Positions 12,001 to 24,300 of a DNA stretch of 64,000 nt are shown here, in pieces (positions within the stretch are counted from its first letter, which is position 1; the number at the start of each line of letters is the position of its first letter). The notes beneath the pieces are model-generated. The model was not told the origin of the DNA. It ran no database searches and saw only the letters and a program-made list of their open reading frames with translations. A program made the position numbers and the translations under genes. Origin of the DNA: Psammoneis japonica (lineage: Eukaryota). The stretch is from assembly GCA_008632985.1 (NCBI GenBank), contig QPGO01000061.1, positions 1 through 64,000 of the forward strand. The letters are read 5' to 3'.

Positions 12001-14552
12001 GTGATGAGAGATTCTGTGCCGACAAAGAGCTGGGCGCTGGTGCAACCAGAGTCAATGGCAGGGGTGTCAGAGTGGACTGTGTCGGTGGCAACGGGTTCAT
12101 CACGTCGGTGGACATTGAGAGCCGGGTTGGGCGATTTGTGCGCCTTTTTCAGGTGCGTGCTGGCATGTGGGCGCACTGCATCGTGCAATCAAAAGTGCGG
12201 CGGACAGTGTCCTTTGGGAGAAAGCCAAAGCAGGGGCGGAGGGACTCAATGTCGGGATCCTTGGGATTGAGTTTGCGCTCATGGCATTCGCAGAAGAAAA
12301 AATCCGATGTCGGGAGCAGGTGATCATCAAGGACGGAGTCTGCAAGCATGGCATTGTTGATGACATGGGGGTGACGACAGTTGCCGAACTCATCAAAGAG
12401 GTTGGCAGTCGGGTCGTCTTGGAGGTCAGACACGGCATCATGCCATGTCTCATCGTCCATGAACTGGTGGTCAAGGACAGATGGATCCCATGGGTGTCCC
12501 ATTCGGCGTCGGTGTGCGGGCGCATGGCGATGTGTGGAAGGCCGGCTTCAATGTTGATGGGAATGATGCATCCATCAATGGTGGTGATGCGCTGCAGACC
12601 ATTGGGGACCTTGATGGACCGATCGTTAACATCGTGTTTGCACCACTCAAGCTGGCCGCAAGAGTGCATCGTCTTCCCCTTTCCAGTGTGGGCATGCTGG
12701 TGAAGGATGGCAATGGCAGGGCCGCGTTGCATGTGGATGACACCACCGGCAGCGACAATGGGGATGACACCTTGGACGTCAACCTGGCAACCAGTGTGGG
12801 CAATGACACAAACATCATCACCGGCGATGCCACTGTTTGCACCACGATCCACAAGAGCACCTTTGTGAGTTGACTTGTGGGTCAAGGCAGAGTAGACGAC
12901 ATTGTGGTTGTTGACGCGACGGTGTTTATGACCGTTGATCTCAATGTCAGTGTCAGTGGGCTTCGCGTCGGAGCGGGCGGAAGGTGCAGATCCGGACGGT
13001 TTCTTGCCAGAATGGGTGGAAGGGGCCATTCAGGTGCCAGGAGACATTGCAAGTTGCCGAGTGGCAGGGGCTTGCACCTGGTGAGATGAGCCAGAATGGG
13101 GCCAGCATTGGCTGCATCGGCTGTGGCGTCAGATGGTGTGAGGTCCGATGCAAGGTCATGGGTGTTGGCGGACAAGTTGATGTTGCTGTCGCTGCCAAGA
13201 CGGAGGTCGTGTAGGTTGACCATCGTCGAGTCATGGCAGTTGCCGGTGTGGGCATTGTGTGAGCCAAGAATGATGGCCTTGGTGGACTGGGGCAAGGTGT
13301 CCCAAATGCACTGATGGTCCGGCAGAATGCGACGCCATTGTTCCCTGGTGAGGAAGTTGCCACAGGTCTGTGCAGCACAAGCTTGGATGACGTCAACATC
13401 ACTGTCGATGTCGAAGAATGCATCATCGTCAGGGTCGTCGGGAACCAGGTCATGTTCGTAGATGGCATGGCGTGGAGCGCAAGGAGTGGTCTTGGGGGTG
13501 AACGTGCTGTCGTGCTGTGCTGCAGCAGAAAGCAGAATTCCACAGTGCTCTTCGCAAGAGAGACCCTTTCCATTCTGCATGCGGAACTGATCAGCTTGAT
13601 TCTTTGCCAAACGGAGTTCTTCGACAGGATGAACGGTGTTCTCAAGCATGGCACATTTCTGGCCAGCAGAGAAATGGTCCGCACCCGGGACAAGAGCTTT
13701 GTGCTTGCAAAGCTGGTCCTGCCAGTGAAGTGTGAAGGCATGAGTGGATCCTTTCCAGGTGCCATCACTAAGGCGAGCAGTGGTGAGGTGCGTGAGAAGG
13801 GTCGAGGACTCCAGGGATGCACGGGTGGAAGCAAGGGTGCACTTGGAGAGGTCACTACAGACCGCTTGAGCATCAGAGGAGCCGACATGTTGACGAACAA
13901 GTGCCTTGCCTTTGTCATTCTGCAAGATCCGTTCAAACACTGTGAACATTTGCTTCTGTTGTTCATCAAAGAGGGCCTTGTCCTCAGCTGTGGAGGGCTT
14001 GTACGTCGGGTCGAGAATGTGTGCGACATCTTGGGAGCGGGCCTGTGCGATGACGGAGGTGTGCCACGTGTGCCACTGTTTGTCAGACTTGGGAACCGCA
14101 AAGGTGAGTGGGTCACGTTTGATGCCTTGTTTAAAGTCACGTGCGGGATCACTTGGTTTGGGTGGCATCGAGCCAGGAGTGGGAGCAGATGGTGCTGCAC
14201 CCATGGAGAGGGATGCCACATGCTCAGGACTAAGACCACAGTTGGTGAACTCCTCTTGTGTGAATGATTGTGGGTCATTGCTGACATCCGCGCCGCCGCG
14301 CACTTTTGCCATGTGCAGGCTAATCAACGCAGCTGTCTGTGCTTTGTAACCACATGGCAAAGGCATTTGATTGGCGCCGTCGTTGCACACAAGGGCATCC
14401 AATTGCATCGGAGTAAAAGTGAAAAGGTCTTGATGCAAATCGGTTCCATCAATGTTGAGGGCGGAGCGCAATGGATTGTCTGCGGCTTGATTCAGAACAG
14501 TGCCTAGAATGTGCTCGAGGCCATCGATTTGCTGTTGCCTGGTGAGAACCAT
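9013..14552 (-). pseudogene. gag-pol of copia A (frameshifted, hypermutated)
   Basis: gag FKQGIKRD; protease LVDRGANSG; integrase ATDTVHSDTPA, SEPHHQHQN; RT DVKHDGRHKARLVA, KALYGL, AVHVDDL; RNase H NPADILSKHW. Confidence 0.93.
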
Positions 14553-15337
14553 GTTGCAACTGGGTGGGTGTCGGAGCCAGCTGGAAGCAGAGTGTGGGGG
14601 CTTGAAACAACTTGAAACTTGACTTGAATCTTGACTTGATGTCTTGAACTGTCTTAAGAGTCAGAAGCCGCCGGGCCATAACATCCCGTTCACAGTCAAG
14701 TGCCAAGCTTCCTGTCCGGTCCACAGAGTTGTGCCTGCACGTCCGAACCCCCGCAGCTGGCGACGCTTTGGGTTGCTGACAAGCTGGCTAGAGGTGGACA
14801 ACACCTCTGAACCATTCTTATTTTGTGTCGGTTGGATGACCCGATCAGGCCGGCCAAATTTGGCGCTGTGGAGGGACGAACAAACGTGGGAAATCATGCA
14901 CCCTCACCCCAACACAGGCTGCAACCACAAACTGCTTCCTCTCACAGTTGTCCTCATGGACCTTGTAGGACTGTAGAAGACCAGCAATCCGGTGTAGATG
15001 TGAGGCGGTAGACTTGGCGTGCGTGGAGCAGAGCCAGAGTCAGGGATTTATGTCGTGTGCGCGTGGACGCGTGCGGATGCATTGGTGGGATCCGCTGCAA
15101 GGAATCCGGAATCTCGGATGTCTGAGAATTCGGGAATTCCTGGCCAAACAAACATCCGTTGAATAAACATATCCAACGATTGGAGGTGTCGGATAAATCC
15201 AAACGTGTAGATTTAATCCAGCATCCAGCAGTGAAGAAGGTAGACACATGCTTCCACCGCCAACGGTGCGCGTCGTCGAAAATTTCTCGATGACGATGAT
15301 GAATGCTCAGTGGACAACAAAGAGCAAGACTGTAATC

Positions 15338-15581
15338 TGACAGAAAATGAAGACAACTGGGTGGAAGAAAACAATGACTCCTTGCTGCTGTCTAAACAGC
15401 AGATGAGTCTCCGTGCAGAGACCGTTGCAGGAGCCGAAAGACTGGTGTCGTGACATCGGTGCACTGTTGTCATTCTTGTGAGCCGTGTGGCTCGAGAGCA
15501 AACTACATCGCGCAACGCGCATGGAACTGAGAGCACACACAATCATGTGTGACAAACTAAAATCTTGTTCAAATCCTGTCA
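15338..15581 (-). repeat. 5' LTR of copia A
   Basis: Direct repeat of 8781-9025. Confidence 0.95.
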
Positions 15582-16459
15582 GGTCGTGCGATTGCCGCAC
15601 TTGCACATGTCGCCAATGGGCGTGGCACCGCAATGCGACCGCCGTCCGTGCACCATCGTTGACTGCAGTTTTCACGGTCTCAATGACGAGACCGTCAAGC
15701 AAGCCCAACCCGATGCCATGCAGTTCAGGTGTGTGCTTGACCAGTTTCTGCATGAAATGTTCTGTGCAGTCCCAAAGCATGGCCCCGTCCACGTGCTCAA
15801 GTTGGACCTGTCAGACGGTTTCTGCCGGGTGGGCCTCTGGCCCCAAGACATGCCAAAGCCAGGGGTGGCCTTCCCAGTTGGCCTGGAAGAAGAACCCTCA
15901 ATTGCCTCACCCTCATGTCTCCCTGTGGGCTGGATGGAAAGCCCACAGTGTTTTTGCATGGGGACAGAAACCATCATGGATCTGACAAACAATTGCACGC
16001 CTGCCACATGGGATCCACCACCCCGCCCACTGGAGTGTGCTGCGGCGACCCCAGTGCCATCAGACGCACCCTTGCGCATCAATGCACCACCTCCTCCCAG
16101 CAACATTCCCACACAGTGGCTTGTCCACATTCCACCGCCGCAATTGCTGCGCCGCCGTCATCGTCGCTGCACCCGACCGTCACAATCCAGCACACCTCAA
16201 CAAGGTCTGACACCACCTCCTGCACATCAATGATCAAGTCTTCCACCCAAACACACCATCCAACAAACATTGGAGACAAGAAACCGTCTCCCTCAAAAAG
16301 CTTTTCAAAGGTGATGCCTCATGGTCCACCATCAAAGTCATCTTGGGCTGGATCGTCGACACTCTGGCTGGGACAATCCAGCTCCCCGCACATTGGCAAC
16401 AAAGACTGCTCTCCATCCTGGAGGAGATGACACCTCACCGGTGCATCTCCAACAAAACC

Positions 16460-17526
16460 ATGTGGGCAAAGTGCTGGCTCCAGTTTCCATCTGACATCGG
16501 TGTCCAAGATCCTCTCCTCACCAGTGTCCGTGACAAAATCCCAGTGCTCTGAGTGTTTGCCCATTGCCTTGGGGATGGATGCCTCAGCCACAGTGGCAAC
16601 CCAATCACAGCTGCACACATTCATGATGAAGTCCTTCATGTCGCAAAGACGTTCACCAAATTGGGGGCCCCAGACCCGCGCCCAACCACCCACGGCACCA
16701 TGGACCCACAACTGTCCCGCTTGTGCAGCGCGCACATGAAAGATGATCCACCCCCCAACCACATCAAGCCCCTGCCAATGCAAGCAGTGCACCACGCACA
16801 GGCTCCAATCAATGCACATTCCACTCTGCTGGACAATGCCATCATTGCATGTCGTGGATCAGACTTTTCTACCTGCTGCATCCTGGCAAGCACTGCAAAG
16901 CTAAGGACAACAACCCCCTTGTGCTCACCAATGTCAAACTGCTCATTGGCCAATGGGCCCTTGACCACCTCTCCTGCCCACTTCACCAACTGTTCCTGGC
17001 CACCCACAGCAGCATCACATTTGATGTGCAGAAAAATCATGAATGCAGCAAAGTCATTGGACACGCCCAAAGCTTGCACTCCAAAGCATGCCTCATCCTT
17101 GCCATCACACGCCGAGTCCATCACCTGCAATCCCATGGGGCCAACGCCTGCACCCCACTGTGTGCAGTTTGTGTTGGTGCACATTGGACACATGTCACCA
17201 GCCGTGCCATTGCAAAAACACTGCAAGTCTCAGCCGTGGTGCTGCCGCACCTTGGCTTCTTGCCCAAGGATGTCACGTCTCGCAGCCTCTGTGCTGGTGG
17301 CGCTGTGGCCTTGCTGTGTGCCAAAGTCAACACGGGCATCACACGCCTGGTTGGACACTGGAAATCTGATGCCATGTTCCGGTGCTTGCACGCACAAGCC
17401 CTCCCATTGATTGCCGGGCCATCCATGAAAATTCCACACCATGGCAATTTTACCTTGCTGCCCGGCACAGAAGTCCCGCCAGTCGTGCAAAATCTCATTC
17501 ATCAAGCCAAGGCCACCAACAACTGA
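16460..17526 (+). pseudogene. Ngaro tyrosine recombinase (inactivated)
   Basis: DPPPNHIKP, FYLLHPGKH (FFLLRPGEY), QKN, SRSLCAGGA (SLRAGGA), GHWKSDAMFRCL (GRWxSDxMxRYL; catalytic Tyr changed to Cys). Confidence 0.88.
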
Positions 17527-18018
17527 CGGGTCCTTGGCAAACCCGCCCTCAGCTCCGCTTCTTGCCCACCCCTTTTTCCTTGTCGGCACTCCAAGAGTGG
17601 TGGCAGGAGGCAGTTCCGGTGCCAGGGACTCACAGCAAAACCCCCAGCAAAGCGCTGACACCACCAGCCACCGCCTCCCAACTGTGGCAGAATGCAGCTC
17701 CCAGCAGTGTTGGTGGTGAATGGCCATTTTAGCAGCAAAGGGGCAAGGACAGATGCACCCAACACCAACCGCAGCCTTGAACGGATCAGAGTGCCAACGG
17801 CATTCTCTGTTGCAACTTGTTGCCACCTGTCAAGGCTGCAGCAGCAGTTGTAATTTTGACCCACCACTCCCGCCCAGGCCGCCTCTGTGGGGCGGTTCTG
17901 GTGCTGGGGAGTCACGGCAAAAACCCCAGCAAAGCGCTGACACCACCAGCCACCGCCTCCCAACTGCTGTGGAGCACAGTCCCCAGCAGTGTTGGTGGCA
18001 AATGGCCAGCTCTTTTGA

Positions 18019-18425
18019 GGGGGGTCATCTCTGCGTTTGTCCTGGAATTGCCGTGGCATTTGAACAAGGATGTTTGCAGTGCTCATTTTTGAATGCAAAA
18101 ACTGTTTACATTCACTCCCAATTGTGCATGAAAATGAGAACATCAGGTGCACAGGCACAGCGATCAAAGCACGATGATGACAGCAATGTCAACACACTTC
18201 AGCTCAAAAACGCAGTGGTCCATCCTCAAACATTTGATGCACATGTGACCTTTGACACACAATGAACACAAAACAAATGAGAGTTGACAGACAGGCCACC
18301 TCCATCACAGACTTGTGTGGCTTGATGTTTTCACAACTGTGAAGCACGGTGAAAATCAGGGGAAATCATGCAAATCACGAGCTGTTTGGTCAAATTGGAG
18401 CTAAAAAAGTGGCAAATGACCCCCC
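18019..18425. mobile_element. ~410-bp MITE with GGGGGGTCAT/ATGACCCCCC TIRs, copy 1
   Basis: Terminal inverted repeats; flanks ttga/tcaa; homologous over its full length to 58083-58478. Confidence 0.8.
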
Positions 18426-20281
18426 TCAAGGTGGCAGCAAAATGTCACATCTTTCTACAGAGGATCACACAGGGCTGCACAAATTAGATGCCAGAGGTTG
18501 TGTGGAAAAAGTGCAAAATTACCGCACTCATCTGCAACCAAAGCCAGTGATGAAATTTCCATTTGTCACACATTGAGTCCTGCAAGAATTCTTGAACAGG
18601 ATTTTCCCAGGACTCATGCCAAAACTGAGCTTGGTTTGGTTTTGCTGTGAGATTCCCCAAAAATTCCCTGGGATTGCCACCTTTTGCCATGATTTTCCAC
18701 GGGAAGAATGATTTCCCGGGGAATCACCACGAATCGTGCTTCATCACATGCATGGTGCACCTGTGAATAAAAAATTGCATGTTGGGAGTTCCCCGTGCTT
18801 CCCTCTCACACATTTCTGCACCTTCCACATGCCGGGATGCAGGAGCCAGACAACAATCAACCAACCACAACAAAAATGGGCAACACGCCATGGTGCACTT
18901 GCACCCCATTTATGATGGCTTTTGTCTGTCAATCATGACACCGTTCAATGCATTTGATGACATCGATTGAATGGGATCTACAGAATGAAACACAAGATGA
19001 AATGTGGTTGCTCATGTGCAGAATGCCAGTGCAATTGAGTTGTCAGTCGTCAGTTGTTCTTTTGTCATGCAGTCCAAAATGTGAGCCACAAGGTGCACAG
19101 CAAAGGCCAAGGCAAAAGCAGAGCCATGCATGGCTGACAATGACAACATGTCAGATTGAACAGTCTCCTTCATTCTTCCAATTGACACATCTTGTGTGCA
19201 GAACAAAGGGGATCGTTCAGATCACTCTTGTGTTGCAGTCACAAATGCAAGCCATGAGGCATCTGGAGTGAAGGACAAGGCAAAGTTGGAACTTCACATC
19301 ACTGACAAAAACATGGTGGATTGATTGATGATGTCATTCTTCCCTTTGACCCATCTCACATGCAGAATGCAGTGGATCTTTTTTTCCTTCTTGTGGTGTG
19401 TGGCCCCAAATGCAAACAACATGTGCTCTTGAGCAAAGGCTGGGGCACAAATGGAGCCGCATGTGAGCATTGTCAACACGCATGATTTAATGGCAAAGTT
19501 CATTTTTCCCTTGCTCTGCCATGAGGGGCCACTTTGTGTCAATTTGTCAATGCATCCATCATGGTCGTCACCCGGCTGAATGAAAATGAGAGAAAGGCAC
19601 ACCGGCCTGACCCAAATCAAGTGGGAATTGCTGCAATGCACTCATTTTTTGTTCCCCTCCCTGAGCCCTTTTGGTCATTCCTTCCCACCAAATTGCCCCC
19701 TCATTCCCTGGGAATTCCCCAAAAGGGTGAGGCAATTCCCCCTTGCCCTTGCCATTTTGGGGAATCCCCAAATGGGCAAAACCAAACTAAGAAACTGAGC
19801 TTGACTTGCAGACAATGGATGATGATGATGCCCCTTCACAAGACCCAGGAAATCATGCATCGTCAAAAGACCATCAAGAGTGGATCTGGGTTGATGCAGT
19901 CAGACTCAGTTTGGTTTCACCCATTTGGGGATTCCTCAAAATGGCCAAGGCAAGGGGGAGTTGCCTTGCCCTTTTGGGGAAAACCCAGGAAATGAGGGCA
20001 CTTTTGTGGGAAGGAACGCCTGAAAGGGCTCAGGGGAGGGGAACAAAAACGAATGGCATGCAGCAATGTGCCGCAATCACAGTCAGGCAGGTGAGCTTTT
20101 ATCCTCATGACGACCAAGCAAGTGATGCAATGTGGCAACATGCTGATGAGACATGGTGCACGACACATTGACACAAAGCAGCCCCTTGTGACAGAGCAAG
20201 GAAAGAAGAAACTTTGCCATTGAATCTGCCATGTCAATGTTGCTCATGCACGGTTCTGTTTTTGCCTTGTCCTTTGCTCTG

Positions 20282-20527
20282 TGACAGGATTTGAACAAGA
20301 TTTTAGTTTGTCACACACAATCATGTGTGCTCTTAGTTCCACGCGCGCTGTGCGACGCAGTTTGCTTTTGAGCCACATGGCTCACAAGAACAACAACAGC
20401 AGCACCGACATCAACGACACCAGTCTTTTGGCTCCTGTGACGGTCTCTGCATGGAGACTCATCTGCTGTTTAGACAGCAGCAAGGAGTCATTGTTTTCTT
20501 CCACCCAGTCATCTTCATTTTCTGTCA
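20282..20527 (+). repeat. 5' LTR of copia B
   Basis: TGACAG...CTGTCA; direct repeat of 26865-27110. Confidence 0.95.
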
Positions 20528-21360
20528 GATTGACACTCTTGCTCATTCTCATCCATTGAGCGGTCATCACTGTCATCAAGAAAAATTTGACTGCACGCAC
20601 CGTTGGTGGTGGAAGCACACACCTGCCTTCTTTGCTGCTGGATGCTGGATTAAATCCATGTGTTTGGATTCATCCAACACCTCCCATCATTGGACATGTT
20701 TGTTCAACGGATGTTTGTTTGGTCAGGAATTCCCAAATTTTCAGACATCCAAGATTCCGGATTCCCTGCAGCAGATTCTACCCTGGTTGGCAGACAGATC
20801 AATCCATCCGCTTGCGTTCACGCGCACACGACATGATCCCTTGACTCTGGCACTGTTCCACGCATGCCAAGTCTGCTGCCTCATGTCTGCACTGGATTGC
20901 TGGTCTTCCACAGTTCTGCAAGGTCCACGAGAATGACTGTGAGAGGAAGCAGTTCATGATCACAGCCTGCATTGGGGCGAGGGTGCATTTCCCACACAAT
21001 TTGTTCGTCCCTCCACAGTGCCAAATTTGGCCAGCCTGATCAGGTTGTCCAACCAATGTAAAACAAGAATGGTTTGGAGGTGTTGTCCACCTCCAGATGG
21101 CTTGTCAGCAGGGTTTTTTAACCCGTTGCTCCGCTCTCAGGCAACCCAAAGTGCCAGCAGCTGCGGGTTCGGACGTGCCGGCACAACTCCATGGACCGGA
21201 CAGGAAGCTCAGCATTTAACTACGAATGGGACAGCAAAACGCTGCGGCTTCTGATTTGCAAGACAGTTCAAGACTTCAAGTCAAGACTCAAGTCAAGTTT
21301 TAAGTCATCTCAGGCTCACCCTCCGACTCTGGCCAGTCCCGACACCCACCTGGTTGCAAC

Positions 21361-24300
21361 ATGGTTCTCACCAGGCAGCAACAGATCAATGGCCTCAAGC
21401 ACATTCTAGGCACTGTTCTCCATCAAGCCGCAGACAGTCCATTGCACTCTGCCCTCAACATTGACAGAACTGATTTGCATCAGGATCTCTTCACTTTTGC
21501 TCCAATGCAAATGGGTTCCCTGGTTTGTGACGATGGCACCAATCAAATGCCCTCACCACGTGGTTACAAAGCACAGATGACTGCGCTGATTAGTCTGTGC
21601 ATGGCAAAGCAATGACCCTCACTTGTTCACATGTGAGGATTTCACTGACTGTCATCACAGTCCTGAGCATGTGGCGTCCCTCTCCATGGGCACAGCACCA
21701 TCTGCTCCCACTCCTGGCTTGTTGCCACCCAAAACACATGACCCCAGGTGTGACTTTAAACAAGGCATCAAATGTGACCCACTTGCCTTCGTGACTCTCT
21801 GGTTCAACAAACAGTGGCACACATGGCACACCTCCATCATTGCACAGGCCTGCTCCCAGGACGTCGACCGCATTCTTGATCCAATGTACAAGCTCTCTAC
21901 AGCTGAGGACAAGGCCCTGTTTGACAAACAACAGAAGTGCATGTTCACTGTGTTCGAATGCATCTTGCAGAATGACAAAGGCAAGGCAACTATTTGTGAA
22001 CATGTTGGCTCCTCTGATGCTCAAGCAGTGCATCGTGACCTGTCCAAGTGCGCCCTTGCATCTGCTCATGCATCCCTGGAGTCCTCAACCCTTCTCATGC
22101 ACCTCACCACTGCTTGCCTCAGTGATGGCACCTGGAAGGGATCCACTCATGCCTTCATGCTTCACTGGCAGGACCAGCTTTGCAAGTGTGAAGCTCTTGT
22201 CCTGGGTGCGTGGACCACTTCTCTGCTGGCCAGAAACGTGTCATGCTTGAGAACGTCGTTCATCCCATCGAAGAACTCTGTTGGCAAAGAATCAGGCCAA
22301 TCAGTTCCGCACGCAGAATGGCAGCAGCCTGTCTTACGAGCAGCACTGTGGACTCCTGCTTTCTGCAGCGGCACAGTGCAACAGTGCGTTCACCCCCAAG
22401 ACAGCTCCTCGCACTCCACGCCGCGCCATCTACGAACATGACCTGGCCCCCGACGATCCTGATGATGAATTGTTCTTCAACATCAACAGTGATGTTAATG
22501 TCATCCAAGCCCATGCTGTGCAGACTCGTGGCAACTCCCTCACCAGGGAACAATGGCATTGCATTCTGCCGGACCATCAGCGCACTTGGGACACCTTGCC
22601 TCAGTCCACCAAGGCCATCATTCTTGGCTCGCGCACTGCCCACACTGGCAACTGCCATGACTTGATGGCAGTCAACCTGCATGACCTTTGTCTTGGCAGC
22701 AACAGCAATGTCAACTTGTCCGCCAAAGCTCATGATCTTGCATCAGCCCTTGCACCATCCGATGCTGCAGCCGATGCAGCCAATGCTGACCCCTTTCTGG
22801 CTCATCTCACCAGGCGCAAGCCTTTGCCACCCGGCAACTTGCAACATCTCCTGGCACCTGAATGGCCCCCTTCCACCCGCTCTGGCAAGAAACCCCCCAG
22901 ATCTGTGCCTTCCATCCACTCCAACAAGAAATCCAACAGATCTGTGTCTTTCCACACTTGAGCTCAATGGTCATAAACACCATCGTGACAATGACCACAA
23001 TGTTGTCTGCTCTGCCTTGACCCACAAATCGACTTGCAAAGGCACTCTTGTGGATCGTGGTGCAAACGGTGGTGTTGCCGGTGATGATGTTTGTGCAATT
23101 GCCCACACTGGTTGCCAGGTTGACATTCAAGGTGTCAATGATCACCAGCTTGTCGACATTCCCATCGTCACAGCCGGCGGTGTCATCCACATGCAGCACG
23201 GACCTGTCATTGCCATTCTTCACCAGCACGCCTGCACTGGAAAAGAGAAGACCATGCACTTGCGGCCAGCTTGAGTGGTGGAAACACGATGTCAATGATT
23301 GGTCCATCAAGGTCCCCAACAGTCTGCAGCGCATCACCACCATTGATGGATGCATCATTCCCATCGACATCAAAGCCGGCCTTCTGCACATCGCCATGCA
23401 CCCGTGCACTGATGCTGAATGGGACAGCCTGCCGCAGGTCGTTCTCACTGGTGATGACACATGGGATCCATCTGTCCTTGACCACCAGTTCATCAATGAT
23501 GAGCAGTGGCATGATGCCATGTCTGACCTCCAAGACGACACAACTGCCAACCTCTTTGATGAGTTTGGCAACTGTCACCACCAACATGTCGTCAACAATG
23601 CCATGCTCACAGACTCCGTCCTTGATGACCACCTGTGCTCCCGACGTCTGATTTTTTCCACAAATGCCATGAACACGAGATCAATCCAAAAGATCCCAAT
23701 TTTGAGTCTCTGCACCCTTGTTTTGGCTTTCTCTCAAAAGACACTGTTTGCCATGCTTTTGATTGCATGATGCAGTGCGCCCGCATGCCAGCCAGCATGC
23801 ACCTGAAAAAGGTGCACAAGTCACCCAACCTTGCTCTCAATGTCCACCAACATGATGAGTCCATTGCCACTGACACGGTGCACTCCGACACCCCTGCCAT
23901 TGACTCTGGATGCACCGGCGCCCAGCTCTTTGTCGGCACAGAATCTCTTGTCATGGATGTGTGCAGAACCAAAACTGACAAGGAATTCATCAACATGCTT
24001 GAAGACAACATTTGCAATTGTGGTGCCCCGTCCAAGCTCATCAGCAACCGTGCTCAAGTTGAGATCAGCAACAAGGTTCTTGGCATCCTTTGTGCCCTCT
24101 TCATCTCGAGTTGGCAAAGCAAGCTTCACCAACAGCATCAGAATTTTTCTGAACACCACCACCAAACTGTGAAGACCATGGCCAACACCATCATGGATTG
24201 CTTCGGGTCTCCGGCTCACACCTGGCTGCTTGCCCTGATGTGCATGTGCTTTGTGCTCAACCACATGGCATCTGCCAACCTCCACTGGCATGCCCTCACC

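Larger units (their letters stand above)
8781..15581 (-). mobile_element. Full-length Ty1/copia (CoDi-like) LTR retrotransposon A
   Basis: LTRs at 15338-15581 and 8781-9025 with TGACA/TGTCA termini. 5-bp TSD GGTCG at 8776-8780 and 15582-15586. PPT at 9026-9036. Order gag-PR-IN-RT-RH. Confidence 0.97.
8452..16460 (+). pseudogene. Ngaro reverse transcriptase, split by the copia insertion at 8781-15581
   Basis: RGSH...DM...WTVLPHNKV joins across the TSD to VRLPHLHMSPMGVAPQCDRRP, KLDLSDGFCRV, LPVGWMESP, KGDASW...ILGWIVDT. Confidence 0.85.
6313..18010 (+). mobile_element. Ngaro-type (DIRS order) tyrosine-recombinase retrotransposon, degenerate, interrupted by a copia element
   Basis: Order gag, RT, YR. 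Split direct repeats A1 (6313-6390), B1 (~17609-17730), A2 (17782-17859), B2 (~17891-18010). Confidence 0.88.

Noticed and set aside
15301..15337. tRNA gene
   Set aside because: Only D-arm/anticodon-like similarity; no T-arm or acceptor stem.
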